A DNA stretch of 63,970 nucleotides, filler included, from Squatina squatina (lineage: Eukaryota): NCBI GenBank assembly GCA_031763465.1. It is 3 parts of 3 records of this genome, joined end to end, with 100 filler letters (N's around TTAATTAATTAA, not from the genome) between each part and the next. Parts side by side here need not be neighbours in the genome. Positions count along the whole stretch, not along the records: positions 51,245 to 63,970 come from JARFOE010000058.1; 2 more parts are not named here. One strand, 5' to 3'. The position numbers and the translations under genes were made by a program. The notes under the pieces are model-generated. The model searched no databases. It saw nothing but the letters and a program-made list of their open reading frames with translations, and was not told the DNA's origin. Shown piece after piece: positions 62,294 to 63,970 of this stretch (its first letter is position 1; every line of letters starts with the position of its first letter).

Positions 62294-63970
62294 ATAAGAC
62301 ATATAAGGACCCTGCACATATATTTAACCACTGACCTTGCACCTCAAGTTTAAGTGTTTCCTCCTTTCTTCTCTCACTTCCCCGGGACTGTAATCAGAAG
62401 GTTTAACTTTCAATGGTTGGTGCTCTGATAAAAGACTATAAACCCCCCACACNNNNNNNNNNNNNNNNNNNNNNNNNNNNNNNNNNNNNNNNNNNNNNNN
62501 NNNNNNNNNNNNNNNNNNNNNNNNNNNNNNNNNNNNNNNNNNNNNNNNNNNNCAACAGTTGAGATAATCACACAAGGTGCAGAGAAGAGTCTTGGCTCGG
62601 GGCTTTTTTTTAAACAAAGAACTATTCTCGCTTATACCATCTGGTGACTTTGCCTTTAATTTTAAACTTTTTTAAGGTCTTGACCGTGATGTGTGGTTGC
62701 TGCTTCAAATGTAATCAGATTGCCGTTGGCACCACAGTATTTGTCATTCTGCTTAATTACATGATCCACCCACGTGAACACTGGGCATCCACATTTTAAC
62801 ATGTGGACCCCAAGGTAAATGCAGACCTGTAGTTAGTGAATCTTGTAGTGCATTTTTTAAATCATTATCTCATTTTACCATGTTAAAGAAACCAGGACTG
62901 TCTGCAAGAAAATACATGTCTGTATTCAACAAATGATGTCATGGTGAATATCTGTACAGAAGCAAGCTTATTTATCTTGAAATCACTTGGAATAATGCTG
63001 CACCTATTGATACATGAAAGTAACTGTGTTCTGTAGTTACAGTTTTTAATATCTGCTGAACACCTGGTCTAATTTTAGCTAGTTATCTTGGTTATATATA
63101 GTTGCACAGTGATTAGAGCTGTGACTGGTGAGCCCTTTCATAAAGCAAAGTGTTGCATGGATTTTGGACATTGTTTTACAAGTGTTGGGAGGAGAGGCTG
63201 CAGCACAGGCACCAGAACTGGACCCAGTGTTAATGGTGCTTGACGTGTAGGACAATTGGATTTGTATTTACAAGAGATAAATCTGGAAGTTAAGTTTTGA
63301 AATTGATGAGGTGCCAAATTTGCCCATGTGTTGGGTTTTATCAGCTCCCTGAGCTGCTTCTGACAGTTCAACAGCCTGTAGCATCCTCCTGGGATTTATT
63401 TCCAGCTATAAAGTCTGAACACAATATTTGCCCTGTTTTGTTTCCGCTTTCGTTGTAATGTTAATTATATTTTTATATCAGAATTTTAACTACTTGTAAT
63501 TGGTAGCTCAGGGTCAATACATTGTTTTCTAAAATTCTGTGCTGTAATTTTGACAGGTCTTTCAGTCGACAGAAGACTGATATATATTTGCTGTTTATAA
63601 ATCATCCTGGGGGCTCTCATTTATTTGCAGCAACTGGTTAAGTTTAAAATAGTGATTTTTCCAGGAGAATAGATTGTATATAGCTGAGCCACTGCTGAGT
63701 GTGTAGCAGAGCTAGCAGAAGGTGTTGTAAAGTTTGCTGTTCTTTTTAGACAAGGTAGAATTTAGTTTTGGCTTTCTGTAAGGGAAAGAACAGTTGTGTC
63801 TGAAATGTCCACTCACTAGCTGAAATTGCGCTGGGAGACCAGCAAAGTTAACAGCATGGTTCTGAGGGACAGCCAACTCTCCAACCGCCCACTGGCTCAA
63901 GTGCTTATCTCTCAAGACAAACTTGTAAATTCTGCTTTGTCATCTTGCAAAAGCCTATTCTAATTCCAGG

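Noticed and set aside
63558-63581. Acceptor followed by VFQ, resembling a GPC4 exon start
   Set aside because: Stops after 7 codons and is out of exon order.
1-63970. CRISPR arrays, operons or prokaryotic defence systems
   Set aside because: The sequence is intron-containing vertebrate DNA with no repeat-spacer arrays; the regular spacing comes from assembly gaps.

Overview
This is vertebrate nuclear DNA, not prokaryotic. The repeat content (abundant CR1 3' ends, Deu-domain SINE fragments, RTE, L2, Harbinger/MITE, Penelope-like and hAT remnants) points to a shark or related cartilaginous fish. The window is a string of short contigs joined mostly by 100-N gaps. Two artificial 44N-TTAATTAATTAA-44N linkers (23183-23282, 51145-51244) split it into three blocks, so distances are not biological and genes appear as isolated exons. 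Block 1 holds a RING/B-box1/B-box2 plus PRY-SPRY TRIM gene, a TRMT9B-family exon and two candidate promoter/first-exon regions. Block 2 holds the IPMK last exon, the PDZD11 first coding exon and an unidentified phase 1-1 exon. Block 3 holds three PHF6 exons (-), a miR-106a~363 cluster (+) and two GPC4 exons (+), in the same order and relative orientation as human Xq26. The main points of interest are a seventh, miR-19a-type hairpin that the mammalian cluster lacks, two Penelope-derived hammerhead-ribozyme motifs (one in a palindrome with a perfect 35-bp arm), and an RTE copy with a twin-priming-like 5' inversion. I see no evidence for a wholly new multi-gene system. All family and gene assignments come from recalled sequences, not database searches, and repeat boundaries are approximate.
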